From assembly GCF_009914755.1 (NCBI RefSeq), contig NC_060947.1: a stretch of DNA of 64,000 nucleotides. One strand, written 5' to 3'. The notes beneath the pieces were generated by a model that saw nothing but the letters and a program-made list of their open reading frames with translations, ran no database searches and was not told where the DNA came from. The stretch is from the human T2T-CHM13v2.0 reference genome, Homo sapiens. The translations under genes were made by a program, and so were the position numbers. Positions 1-22,929 of this stretch are shown one piece after another. Each line of letters opens with the position of its first letter. The stretch's first letter is position 1.

Positions 1-19
1 GTTATAATTTTTAAATTTT

Positions 20-350
20 AATTCATTTTGTTGCTTAAATTGTTTTAACTTTGGCCATCGAGTGCTCTTTCAGTGTGGCTCCTGATCTGCTTTTATTCTT
101 TTGTTTTCTGAGCACTTCTGTATTTTCTGGCATTACATAATACTCCAGGCTCATCTTGTGTTTTCACTGCCCCAGGCCTAGAATTACTCATTTCTCCAAG
201 GATGTCTGTTTTTTGTTTTGCATTTGTTATTTTGGAGAATGGTATTTAGAAACCAAGATCTGGGCACTGGAGGTACCTGTTGCTAATTGGGTGTCATTTT
301 TTTCTAGTTTCTCAGCAGACAGAGCTATAAAATATATGCATGTATACTAA
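20..350 (-). mobile_element. Old L1 3' UTR fragment (L1MC4-like)
   Basis: Motifs 'ctccaggctcatcttgtg...tttctccaagga...ggagaatggtatttagaaaccaagatctggg' recalled from the L1MC-type 3' end in reverse orientation. Confidence 0.55.
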
Positions 351-1487
351 CCAATATGTATACACATCTATAATTATTTCTTTAGCTATTAATCTCTGTA
401 CATGTTAAACCACTATATATTATAAACTTTTTTGTGTTCTTTGTTTTCTTATTGTTAAGTTTTAAGATTTATTTATGTATTCTGGATATGTGTCTTTTGT
501 ATAATATTCTACTTTGAAAAGTGAAAAAAATAAAGTGGCTGTAAGGTACAAAAACTGTTTAAATGAACAGTCACCTGAAAATTTTTGAAGATATCCAGTT
601 GATCTTTAAGAGCTTCAATGTGTGTTTTTCTGTGGGATTATTTAGAATATAGAAGTTTTATTCAAACCTTCACCCATTTTAGATAAGTGAGTACTCATAT
701 GAGCTTGCTAGTTAGAGTACTGTTATAGAGAATTGGTGAAGCATTGGCTCTTGAATTTAACACACAGTCCATGGAATTTTTCTAAGTAAGAAAGTTAAAA
801 ATAAATCCATATCAAATTTGGTCTTACCAACTTCACATTATGAAATCTACTAAATATCTTGAGACTTTAACATAGATTCTTATAATCGATAAATGAAAAT
901 ATTTGTGATATATAAATGTATGATGTTTGTTTTTCCTTTATTTAGACACTGAATGTAGAATATTTTTATTTCCAAATTGTAGTAATACTATATAAAATAA
1001 CAATATTTTACTGGATGCTTATTCTGTTCCAGACCCTATACAAAATCATGTTATATAGATTATCTTGATTTACACATAAACCATTTATTTGCTTTAATGA
1101 GAAACCTAAAAGAATATATATTGCGTCTATTTTGCAGAGGAGGAACCAAAGAGAAGAGAGGCGTTGATCATGCTTCATTTACAAGGAGGAACTAGGGTAT
1201 ACCTGCTAGTAATGGTAGAAAACATTGTTCAGCTGCACCTCACAAGGGAAGTCAGAAACCTTCTTTTCAAAAATGAGTAAGAATGTACAGGAAAAATTAT
1301 TATGTGATGAGAAAGTGATATGCATAAGGAACAATGCAGGCTGAATTTGTCTATAATTAAAATTTTTTATAAAAATGCTTTTTCATAGGTATTGTTTTAA
1401 GCACCATAAGAGAGATAAAAATTTAACTGATATTATTCAAAGGAAAATCAAAAATTACGACTGGACTGGGGGGTATAAAGATACTGA

Positions 1488-1862
<375 letters not shown>

Positions 1863-2017
1863 TAAATATAGAAAATTCAGTGAAATCTACAAAATGCTCC
1901 TGAACATAATAAGTGAGTTTACCAAGGTTGTATGATACAAGATGGATATACAAAACTCAATATTTATATATGCTAACAACAAAAAATTGGAAATTGCAAT
2001 TAAAAAACAATACTACA

Positions 2018-2340
<323 letters not shown>

Positions 2341-3320
2341 TACATATAATAGTATGAAAAACAATATTTAGGGAAAATCTGGAGAGAAAAAGATTTGAAA
2401 GACACATACACTAAAAAATAAAAAATATTCCCGAGAAAATGAAAAATCACATAAACAAATGGAAAGATGACCTTCCTCAGTGGTCAGAACATTTCATATT
2501 GGTAATATGCCAATTATCCTCAAATTGATCTATAGATTCAACAGAATCCTAATCAAAATCCAAACAGGACTTTTTCTAAGACATAGACAAGCAGATTTTA
2601 AAATTTCTATAGAAATTCAAAGGACCTAGAAGAACCAACTTTGTAAAAGAACATTGTTAAAGAATTAGTACAGCCTAATTTCTAGATTTATTATAAAGCT
2701 AGAGTAACCAAGATAGTGTGAAATTTGTGTGAGAGAAAAATCAATGGAAGAGAAAACAGTGCCCAGAAATTGACCTTCAAATAGACAACTGATACTCTAC
2801 CAATTTCCGAATGTAATTCAGTGGAGAAAAGATTGTCTTTATAAAAATAGTTCTGAAATTATCAGATATGCGTAAGCAATAGGTACATTTTTAAAATAAA
2901 AACTTTGATCTATATCTTGTGCTGTTTACAAAAATTATAGCATTTAAATGAAAAAAATCTTTGTGACCTTTGGATAGGCAAAGTTTTTCATAGATACATC
3001 AAAAGAAGCACAATCCGTAAAAGAACAAATTGATAAATTGGACTTCATCAAATTAAAAAACTTCTCTTTGACACAGACAATGAAAGAGCAAAGCCAAGGA
3101 TGAAGTGAAAAATTTGCAAATCATGCATCTGATAACCTATTTACATCTAGAACACAGCAAGGATTCTCAAAACTAAATATGATATCCAGCAACACAATTT
3201 AAAAATGGGGGGAAAATCCACAGAAACTTCAACCAAGGGGAGATAAGGATGGCAAATAAGCAAATATAGAGATGTTCAATATCAGTAGTCATTAGGAAAC
3301 GCAAATGAAACCCAGAATGA

Positions 3321-5426
<2,106 letters not shown>

Positions 5427-5742
5427 ATGGTTTTCAATTTACTGCTTAATTGGGTATTTCTTGCTCTCATTCTAAACATCAATCAGAATTTATGATGACT
5501 GGCCCCGTGAATGTACAACTTTGGCAACATCTGTAAATTCAATACCCAATGCTTATAAATATGTCTTAATGACCTGCTTTGGCCTCATTATTTCATATAT
5601 TTTATCAATTATGTGATTTATATTCACATATACTTTTTTCACATTGTTGAAGCATTGTGAATATTACATCATCCTTTCAATTATTTGTAAAAATACATAC
5701 AACCAGAAACAAAAGCAGAATTAATATTAGAAAGAGAAGTGG

Positions 5743-6000
5743 GGTCGGGTGCGTTGACTCACATCTGTAATCCCTCCCCACTTTGGGAGGCCCAGGTGGG
5801 TGCATTGCTTAAGCCCAGGAGTTCAAGACCAGCCTGGGAAACATGGTGAAACCTGGTCTCTACAAAGGGCAAAATTTAGCCAGGCATGGTGGCGTGCACG
5901 TGTAGTCCCAGCTACCTGGGGGGCTGAGGTGGGAGGATGGCTTCGTGCCACCGCACTGCAGTCTGGGGGACAGAGCAAGACCCTGTCTCAAAAAAAAAAT
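5743..6000 (+). mobile_element. AluJ element with an internal deletion in the right arm
   Basis: J-type 'ttgcttaagcccaggagttcaagaccagcctggg' and 'gaggtgggaggatggctt'. It jumps directly to 'cgtgccaccgcactgcag', so roughly 35 nt are missing. Confidence 0.88.
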
Positions 6001-6923
6001 GTGCTGAGTAAAAGAAGAATTATATAACTCTTCTTATATGAAAATTTAATGAAATAATTATAACAATTATTTTGTTAACCAAAAATTGGAGTCTATAGCC
6101 AAAATAATGTTAACACTTTTTAATAGTAAAATTATTATCTTCCCTTTTAGGATTCCATCAAACCCCCAAAACAAGTTTGAAAACTATGTATCAAAATCAT
6201 AGGTGAAACTTGAGTTACGCCATTTTATCATCTCTCTCAATTGAATGTATATAACTATTCACCATGTTCATAAACATTCACTACAAAAGACTATTACCAA
6301 ATCGTATAAACAGGTGCAGAATAGGAGGCAGCTTCAACTCCCTGGCAAATCTCATGTGCAAAATAGATCTGTATGAGAAAAGTAACATCAAATATCCTTA
6401 CATATCTGTTCAAGTTCAAATAATTTTCATTTCATTAATAGCAATTTGAAATGCATTCATAAGTTTAAAATAATAAATCAAGCAACTGCTTTACCTTTCA
6501 AAAATAGCAGGTAAAACTGGTATAGGTAAATTTGTAGGTAAATATATTTGTAGTGTAGATCTGAAGTGCACTTTTTCTTTCGGAGATGAAAGAATCCATC
6601 TGTAAATGGACGTATATGCATATATTTCATCCAAGTAAGCAGTGATATATATATCTGTCTATGTGCAAATTCTGTTTCTAGTGAAGTTTGTGTGTGGGCA
6701 TTGTGTTCCTGAAGAACCAAGTCTTTTTTGTGTTGTTTTCTAAGCCAAGGCCTAGAATTTCTCTTCAAACTCATCATCATAAACTTAGGTTCATGTCACC
6801 ACTATCTCTTTTTGCAATTCTGCAATGGTTTCCAACCTGTGTCTCCTCTTGAGTGTATTTTTGCAAAATATAAGCACGGCTTGTTAATTCTCCAGGCTCA
6901 TCTAAACTTATCTAGGTACATAA

Positions 6924-6962
6924 ACACTCACACACACATGCACACACACACACACACGCACA
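6924..6962. repeat. (CA)n microsatellite
   Basis: acactcacacacacatgcacacacacacacacacgcaca. Confidence 0.9.
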
Positions 6963-7700
6963 TGCTCCTGCATTCCAGACTCCAGTCAATATTCCTTTTC
7001 TTACCTCCTTGTCTTTCTCGTGTCTTCGTACATAATATTCTCTATTGTTAGGACTTCACTCAGGCCATGTAAACCTGTTGCAGTGTCTCCCCACCAAGGT
7101 CAATTTCATGATTACTTTTATTAAAATCCTATGTCTGTAGACAAGGAAACTCATTTTCCAGTTGTCTTCCACTGAAGAACTCACCTCAATATCCTAGAGA
7201 AGTGAGTCATTAATGCCTTCAAAATAAGGGAAATATCCATACTTATTTACTCAGACTTCTGAGAGGCCAATATCATGTCTTATGGCTCAGAGTTATCTGG
7301 TTTCTGAGGTTGTCCACTGAAGCCTTGGGCTTCATGCAACAGCATCCAATGTTCAGTTCCTTTCAGCAAGAGACAGACCTACTTTTCACATTTGGTTATG
7401 TGACCTTGCACTTCACGGAGGATGTATCCTCATTTACACGATGGATACCATATGATGAAGCTCAAATTCTGGTGAGACTTAAAAGATTACTTATTAAAGT
7501 CCCTAATGCCTCAGGCATCACAGAATTGATACTCAACATATATTTGTGGAAGAGGAGGAGGGAGTAGGAAAGGAAGAAAGGTACTAAACATAGCACAACA
7601 GAAAAACACTATTAAAAATAACTTTTTGGTGATGTTTATCTGGTGATAGCCTTCACCTATATCACACACAATCTTAGTTGTTGCTTAAGATGAAAATGTG

Positions 7701-7730
7701 GTGCTTGCTTTGGCTACACATATACTAAAT
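7701..7730 (+). pseudogene. 3'-truncated (tailless) U6 snRNA retrocopy
   Basis: gtgcttgctttggctacacatatactaaat matches U6 nt 1-30 (gtgctcgcttcggcagcacatatactaaaa) at 25/30. Flanked by a 16-bp TSD ttaagatgaaaa(t/a)gtg at 7685-7700 and 7731-7746. Confidence 0.85.
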
Positions 7731-8179
7731 TTAAGATGAAAAAGTGTAATTGCAAAATAAGAGCCACTGGTTAGGGCTTCTATTGCTTATTGGCAATGAT
7801 TTCTTCCAGTGAAATAAACTTTCCTCAGAGAAATTATGTGGGCTTCTCCACGCTGTAATTACACACATTGGTATTACTTGTCACACAGATATAAACAGAA
7901 ACAATGTTTGATCTATTTGGGATTTTTAGCACCAGTTGGTCTTCTGAAAATATCCTGACTTCAAATCCATAGGTTTTAGAAAAAGAGAGAATTCAAGAGA
8001 GCTTGATATATAATTGTGCCTAAAGCTATGAATGGTATATTCCATAAATACTGTAGTAATCAATTGTATTACAGCATCACATAGGTTTCATAAAAGCTTT
8101 GGAGAATTTGTATGCAAGAATATGTGATTTAACGAAGATGAAGGGAATTATTTTTCATTTCTGAGAGTCTGCATGAATG

Positions 8180-8257
8180 AGCAAGGGCTTTGGAGCTAGG
8201 CAAAAATGAGTTCATATCCCAGTGCTGCCATGTTCTTATCCTGCAGCTTTAGGCAGA
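8180..8257 (+). mobile_element. MIR fragment
   Basis: 'gggctttggagctagg...gagttcatatcccagtgctgcc...ctttaggcag' resembles the MIR core. Confidence 0.55.
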
Positions 8258-14504
<6,247 letters not shown>

Positions 14505-15459
14505 AGTTTACTGAACATCTTAAGCTGACTGCTGAGACTTACTGCTGGGAAAAAATGATTCCTTTAAAAATATTACTGTTCATTGACAACACACCTAGTC
14601 ACCCAAGAACTCTGATAGAGATTTACAGAGATGCATGTTTTTTCTTGCCTGTTAACACAACATCCATTCTGCAGCCCATGGATCAGGGAGTAATTTCAAC
14701 TTTTAAGTCTTATTATTTAAGAAATAAATTTCATAAGGCTATAGCTGCCATAGATAGAGATTCCAATGATGTATCTGGGCAAAGCAAACTGAAAACCTTC
14801 TGGAAAGGAGTCACCATTCCAGATGCCATTAAAAGCATTCATGATTCATGTGAGAAGGTCAAAATATCAACCTTAACAGGAGTTTAGAAGAAATTGATTT
14901 CAACCCTCATGGATGACCTAGAGGGGTTCAAGACTTTAGTGGAGGAAGTCTCTACAGATGTGGTGGAAATAGCAAAGAGAACTAGAATTAGAATTGGAGC
15001 CTGAATTGCTGCAATCTCATGATTAAACTTGAGCCAATGATGAGTTGCTTCTTATGAATGAGCAAATAAAGTGGTTTCTTGAGATGGAAACTACTCCTGG
15101 TGAAGATGGTATTAACATTGTTAAAATGGCAACAACGGATTTATACTATTACATAACTTTAATTAATAAAATAGTGGCAGAGAGTGAGAGGGTTTACACC
15201 AACTTTGAAATACTTTCTATTGCGGGTAAAATGTTATGAAATACTATCTTACACTCCAGTGAAATATTTTGTGAAAGGAAGAGTCAATCGATGGAGCAGA
15301 TTTCATTGTTGTCTTATTTTAAGAAATTGCCACAGCCACCACAACCTTCAGCAACTGCCATCCTGATCAGTCAGCAGCCATCAGCATTGAGGCAAGTTCC
15401 TCCAGCAGTGAAAAGATTGCAACTCACTGAAGGCTCAGATGATCATTAAAAATTTTTTA

Positions 15460-15791
<332 letters not shown>

Positions 15792-16580
15792 TTACATTAT
15801 ATACATTTTAAGACATAATGTTATTGCACACTTTATTAATAGAATATAGTGTAAATATAACTTTATATGCATTCGTTAACAAAAAAAATTGTGTGACTTA
15901 CTTTATTGTGGTAGTTGGATTCAAACCCACAGCATCTCCCAGGAACATTGCTTTATGACAAGATCTCATTCTATATTTTTGGTCTGTATTTCCCTCAAAA
16001 CGTGGCATTATTAGAAGTGAAAGAGGATAGGCATGCCAATTATTTCTGTTATAAATTGAAGATGATTATTATTTTTCTATCAGAAAATTAAGATGTTTTT
16101 CTCAGAAGACCTAAGAAGTTTCTAGAAAAGTATGACTGTGGCACTTTTGCTCCCTCAAATGGCCATGGCCAAGATATTAGGGGAACCAAGACCCATCCAT
16201 TCATGCTATTTTGGACACATTTAATTGTTGACAAATTGATGCTTATTCAAGGATAATAGAAGGTTTTTTTTCAAATTAATTGGGCCTTGTAGCTTGGTTA
16301 CCAAATTTTGGTTCCTACAAAAAAGATAGAAGGAAGCCCTTCTGGTTAATCAGTAGTTCACTATTTACCATGGGATGCTCCTTCTGCCTTCCTGGTCCAG
16401 CCAATGAATCATTTTTTATTTTTGTATCCACACTCCTTGGTTTTTCTTTTATCCTCCATACAGTGATTTTGTCCAACAATTGCCACCAAGGTTCAAGGAA
16501 ATGATAAACTCCAAAATCCCGAAGTTGACAGAAAACATATAATAGAGAAACAGATACTTTGATCAAAAGTATTCTTGTTT

Positions 16581-16913
16581 GGCTGAGTGCGGTGGCTCAT
16601 GCCTGTAATCCCAGCACTTTGGGAGGTCGAGGCAGGTGGATCACCTGAGGTCAGGAGTTTGAGACCAGCCTGTCCAACATGGCTAAATTCCGTCTCTACT
16701 AAAAATACAAAAATTAGCCAGGTGTGGTGGTGCACACCTGTAGTGACAGCTACTCAGGAGGCTGAGGCAGGAGAATCACTTGAACCCAGGAGGCAGAAGC
16801 TGCAGTGAGCCGAGATAGCACCAGGAGGCAGAAGCTGCAGTGAGCCGAGATAGCACCACTGCACTACAGCCTGGGCGACAGAGCGAAACTCTGTCTCAAA
16901 AAAAAAAAAAAAA
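16581..16913 (+). mobile_element. AluSx-type element with a 35-bp internal tandem duplication
   Basis: Full Alu with poly-A tail. The unit ccaggaggcagaagctgcagtgagccgagatagca is repeated at 16786-16820 and 16821-16855. Confidence 0.93.
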
Positions 16914-17299
16914 ATTATCCTTTCCATTATAAAACAAAGATGGATTTATCACTCTTATTTTTGGCAAAAATTTTTTTAAAAAGTTTTACTCACAAACTGT
17001 GCAGCTCATAGAAAAATTGCATTTACAATTAAAAAGAACTCTTGCTAATTGGGCATATGACAAGATTCTGCAGCATAAAAGAAGATCACACACTTTAGTT
17101 TGAGAGAAGAAAATTATTCTGAAGCAGTTAGCAACAAGAAGCAGAGAAATATTCGAGAAAATATCTGTTTGGTATACTTAATGATATTGACAAAATGTAT
17201 TTTACACGGGTCGGTCCGATCTTATATAGATCTCATACAGATCAAAACAAAATGCAAATAAAGATTGAGATAAAATGGGAGCTAACTGAGAAGCAGAAA

Positions 17300-18080
17300 G
17301 TAATGTAGCTTGTTTAGTTTTAAAAAATGAAATTATTGAAAGTATTAAAATCTGAATTAAAATGTAAGCAGAACTAAACAGTTATATTGGGAACGAATTG
17401 GGGAAAGATATTTTAAGAAAGAGACAAAGATGTGAAAATGTTGAAGATCATTACTGTAGAGAACAAAAAGTAGAGATATCAAAATTGTGAATTAAATATT
17501 CTTTTAAAAGGAAACAACAGATGGAACAGAAACAACAGTGAAAAATAGGTTTCAATAAAAAGGTTTCAAAATCTGCAGACCTCAGCCTGTGTAGTAAGAG
17601 ATTTTAGTAAATGTCAGGAAAGTGTAATTAAATAAATAAAATCAAAGAATTAGTCTCATGAATTTTTAAATTGAGGAAAATCATCCAATTTAAATAGGAA
17701 AAAAGTGGTTCTCCAGAAGAAATAAACCAAAATAGGCTGGCCTCAGACTTCCTTAGAACATTAATCACCAGAAAACAATTTTGTGACTCATAAACTTGAT
17801 ATGCCTCTAAGTTATTATTTAACATGAACAGCAAAAGAAAAGCATTCTCAGAAATTAAAGGGCTCAGAAATAATACCACCCACATAAATAAAGTATTTGG
17901 TAAGATATCCTATGGACCAAGAGATGTTCAAAATAAACATAAATGAGGATTAGCAGGGAATAGTAAAATAAGTTGGATATAAATTAAAGTCTAAATAATT
18001 ATGTTAAAATATGCAAGTAGTAAAATAAAATTTTAAAACAGAAATTATATTTCTAAAAGAAAATCTATAGTAAGAGCAAA
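17300..18080 (+). mobile_element. Very old L1 (L1M/HAL1-like) ORF1-region remnant
   Basis: A-rich strand bias and 'aaaataggctggcctcagacttc', typical of old ORF1 C-terminal coding sequence. Confidence 0.4.
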
Positions 18081-18084
18081 AGTC

Positions 18085-18115
<31 letters not shown>

Positions 18116-18122
18116 CACACAC

Positions 18123-18761
18123 ATAGTTGATCCACATTATTTGTGGATTCCATATTTAAAAATTTGCTTACTACTAAAATGTATTTGTAACTCCAAAATC
18201 AATACTTATGCTATTTTTGAGGTTATTCTTGGATATGCACAGAGCAATGGAGTATTTGAGTCATCTGATGTACACGTTCCCAGCTGAGCTTCAACTTACC
18301 TTCTTGTTTCAGCTCTCATACTATAAACAAAGTCCTTTGGTAGTATATTTAGTGGCACATTTTTCATATTTTTTGTGTTTTTGGTGATTTTACTATTTAA
18401 AGTAGCCTCTACACATAGTGCTGAAATGATGTCTAGTGTTTCTAAGTGAAAGAAGGCTGTGATGTCACTTACAGAGAAAATATATGTTAGATAAACTTTG
18501 TCCAGGCATGAGTTATGGTGCTGTTGGCATGAACTCAATTTTAATGAATCAACAATATATATATTGAATAAGGTGACTTTAAAAAGAAAAACACGCAAAA
18601 CGAATTTACACATCAATTGATTAACAAAAACATCGTGACCAGAGACTCACAGAAAACTTACCCTGCATTTCTTAGCTAGGAGTAATGGTTCAGTATTTGA
18701 TAATTTAGTATTTGTGGTGACTTCATATAAATGAACTACTGTGAAGAATGAGAATCAACTG
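18123..18761 (+). mobile_element. MER82 (TcMar-Tigger non-autonomous element)
   Basis: Terminal inverted repeats 'agttgatccacattatttgtgg' / 'gtgaagaatgagaatcaactg' followed by TA. The interior matches the recalled MER82 consensus. Confidence 0.85.
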
Positions 18762-18765
18762 TATG

Positions 18766-18768
<3 letters not shown>

Positions 18769-18803
<35 letters not shown>

Positions 18804-18811
18804 GTGTGTGT
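18769..18811. repeat. (TG)n microsatellite
   Basis: About 21 TG units with one CG interruption. Confidence 0.95.
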
Positions 18812-18941
18812 AATTATAGAAATAATCAGAAAACTTTCCAGTTCATTTTACAAGGCTAACATACCCGGCAAGAGAAAATATGAAACCTGACAAAGATAAA
18901 AACCAAAACAAGCATTCCCAAGCAATCTTATTTACAATTAT

Positions 18942-19388
18942 TTTGGTAGATTGGATTGGATTATTATTCCCATTTATTTACTTTTTTCTTCCCTATAAGA
19001 GAATCATGTATCTTTGTCCATCGTCATACAATATGCAATATCTCCCTGTGGGAGAAGTGTAATTCCTCAACTCATTAAAATCAGGCTTTGCCATGTAATT
19101 GGTTTGATCAATGAAATGTGAGTAGTTGTGATTCTGGATAACAGTTCCCAGCGAAAGGTTTAGCAGTATGGGTGAATTTCATCAGCTCTTTTACCCTTTT
19201 TATTTCTAACAAGATAAAAGATAAGGGTTGATCTCTTACCATCTCAGGATGGTAAAGACATTGGAATAGAGCTGCAGTGGTCAACATGTAAATTGGGGGT
19301 GAGAGTGAGAAAATTCTTGTAATGTATGACACTGACATGTTGGGTGGCTCTTTACCTCAACTTAATCTAGCAAAAGCTGCCTAATAAA
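18942..19388 (+). mobile_element. MaLR solo LTR (MLT1I/J-like)
   Basis: 'ggctttgccatgtaattggtttgatcaatgaaatgtgagtag' and the 3' end 'aatctagcaaaagctgcctaata'. Confidence 0.65.
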
Positions 19389-19389
19389 A

Positions 19390-20100
19390 AGATGGGTGCA
19401 AAGATGATCAACAAAAACACCAAATTTGAGGAAAACCTTTGTTTAATTCAATAAGTTAAATTAAATGTAAAATATTTATTTAATATATTCATGATTTTAT
19501 TAAACTGTAATAAATAATGACTATGCAAGTTTTACTCCAGAATTTATCAAAAGGTTTAACAGTATGAAAATTATTAATGTAGTATGTAGCAATAGGAACA
19601 ATAAAAAAAAGAAACCTACAATCATGTAAATTGATCAAAAAGATATATGTGATAAAACTCAAAAGTGATTTAACAGAAAAATGCTTAATAAACAGAGTAA
19701 AATACAAATAATTAACACAATAAGCATTATTTCAATAGTGAATTCTTAGAGGTTTAATGTTAAGGAACAATTCAACCACATCTATTCTCACTGCTATTTT
19801 CAACATTGTTCTGACATTCTAGTCAATAGTTAAAGGCAAAAGGTGTGATAATAATTTTAACTCTTGAAAAAGAAGAGATCTAATTATGTATGTTTAGGGA
19901 GCTGCTGGAACATTATTGGAATCAAAAATAATAAAATATAAAAATAATGGCTAGAGGCTAGAAAATGAACCTAGAGTAATCAGTTCAATTCTTATATAAC
20001 AACAATAACATCTTAGTTCATGTAATGTAACAAAATATATCATTTACAATATCAATAAAAATACACATTGTATAGTTCTAGATATGTATAGATGGATACA
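19390..20100 (+). mobile_element. Very old L1 ORF2 remnant (L1ME-like)
   Basis: Degenerate 'ctattttcaacattgttctgacattctagtcaat' and an A-rich bias. Confidence 0.45.
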
Positions 20101-20407
20101 TTTAAAACAATTATATATGTATGCCTTTTTAGTATTATGAATAGAATATTAAAAAATCTAAAGTAGTATTATAAATAATCGATTTTAAAAATTAACTGCT
20201 ACTAGTACACAGTTGTGGTATTTTCACAAACTAACCACTATTTCTTTCTAAGGACTAATTTATTTTTATATAGAATTATGGTTCTATTTAATTCACCCCT
20301 TTTCCACAAATCAATACCTCCTTTTTTAGAACTGTAATTGCTGTTACTCTTCCTAATGGTCACTTAATAATTGGGATAGTTGCATCCTAAAAAAACAAAG
20401 GTTTTGT

Positions 20408-20439
<32 letters not shown>

Positions 20440-22929
20440 TAGCTGGGCTAAGTAAGGAAGCTAAGCTACCTTAAACAACCATTCTGTGCCAAGGGACTTA
20501 CATAGTCTTATTTCATCCTCACCATATCTCAGTAAACAACAGCATTCCCATTTAACTCATAATGAAGCACAAAGCTCTATTTTTTCAATCATATTTATGT
20601 TTCTGAAAAAGATTGTTCCTTCAGCAAAATACAGTAGTACCAGTGTAGTATTTATACACACTGTGAGTCTATGGAAGATTAGGAGAAATTTAGCTACGTC
20701 ACTTAATTCCAGCAGGAAAAATTTTGTATTTAGATATCACTAAATATTTGTTAATTTAGTTAACATGACTCATTTTATTTCAAAAGTACTTGTAATAAAA
20801 AGCATGTTTATTTCTAAATATTGACATTCTATCCTATAAGGGTGTATTAGTATTTTTCACAGAAACAGAACCAACAGGATTTCTCTCTCTCTCTCTCTTT
20901 CTCTCTCTCCCACTCTCCTCTTGCTTTAAAAGCACCACCACCACCACCACCAACATAGTTATGTTATTCAGATTGATTAACTCCTTGTATCAGAAATCAA
21001 ATATAAACAGTAAAGGTTCTCAATGTCTTCTACAGGCTCAAATTTAGAATTTTAATGTATGCAATATTAAAAACCGGATGCATGCAAGTCTTGCTTTATA
21101 TCCCCATTTGTTTCCACATGTAATATTAAAAATATAGAACCTAATAAGGTTCTGTTTCCTCTCGTGTTTTAGCAATTCTGAAAATTGTTCTGCTGCAGTT
21201 GCCTGTTAATGGATTGGATTTTTTTTTTTATTTTTCTCTGTTTTGGCTTTTAACTGATCACAAAACATTTCAGGCTGAGACCTACCTCAGGTTTATCTCA
21301 ACCACCCCCTCAATATTATAATGTTAATTCCTGCATCATGGTGTTATATGTCCCACTAAGGAAGCACTGCTATTGACTGTGGTCTTTACTTGTGGTGGAT
21401 CATCCTCTGACTATGCTTTAATTAAATGTTTACATATCTGTCCATTCCATTTAATCATTAGTTTTTCAAAGGTAGGGGCCATATCCTGTTTATGTCCTCA
21501 GGATGTAATATGATAATGCAGAATAGATATCAGGTTGGTTGAGGGAATTAACATAAAGAAAAGGGCCAGTTACTAACAGGAAGGAAGCTGAGTTACCAAG
21601 CCCACCACCAAATTCTATAACTTTGAGCAAGTCAGTTGTAGACTCTATGCCGCTTCCCTCAACTACAGAAAAAAAAATCAAGTTACTAGATGGTACCACT
21701 TTATTTTATTTAAAGCATTTTCTATAATACTTAGCTCTAAAGGTGTTCAATGAACACTTCCTTCATGAATACATCATTAGTTGAGCCTTCAAATTTCTCC
21801 TGGTTAATCTGAACCACTGTCTAGAAATTATCCTCGATGAACCCCATATTGACAATGTCATTTATGGGTAGAATGTCATCTATGAGCAGAATTGGATACT
21901 ATTTTCTGATTTCTTAAAAACAGAAAAACTGTTTAAATTTTTTAAGTTGTTAGGGACATTAAGAATAAGCAAATCGTGTTTCATAATGTGTATATGTAGC
22001 CATGGTAGATGCAAAATTGAGTTCAGAAATCCTAAGAGAAAAGAGCTTACACAGAACAGCATATGATGCACTAGTTTTAGGAGGAAGCTTCACATAAAAG
22101 GTCTAGTTAAGAAGAATAATTGCTCCCATTTCTTATTTTGTCCGAGTCATATTCACATAACATTCCTGTAATCAATTGGCAAATTCACTGGTGGTAACAC
22201 AAATGTCCAATTAGCCAACACTATTTGAACCAAACTAGATATTCCAAATAAGTTACCCTAAGGAGGCCATTTTCCCTGTCTAATTCTTTGAACATTATGC
22301 TTGAAATATTGAAATGTAACACATTTGTGTTTCATGACTGTGGGTACTTTAGCAAGAAGGAGCCAACAACTCTTTTCAATTGTACCCATGCCTATTTTGG
22401 TAGAATATCATGAAGAAGAACTCTTGCTTGTTGAAGTGCACACTCTGCTCTAGAGATCTTCCCTTATCATTTGTATTCCTGCAAAGTTTAATTACACTTT
22501 CCTTCTAAGCCTTAATATAATAAACTTAGTGTCAGCATTTTTCCATAACTACCTCCATATTTTAGGATTTATAGGTTCAGTTTGAGGAACATCTTATACT
22601 TTGGAAATTTCTTTTTTCATTTATGATTGACACATAATAATTGTACATATACTTAAATTATCTCAGCCTGTTTATTTCAATTTAATATGTAGATGTTTTT
22701 GTTTCATGGGAAAAATAACAAAGAATGTCAAAAACAGTTTCTAATCTTTGTGAGCAAGCAATGAGCAGGATTTGTTTTTGTTAATGTTAGATGAAATAAA
22801 ATAATACAACTATTTTTATATCCAGAGTACTTGTCAGAGAATACAATTCTTTCTTAAGTGTTCCTGTTATTTTATTTCATTTCTATACCTTATACTTACT
22901 TTTACTATAGCACATGGCATAGTATAAAG

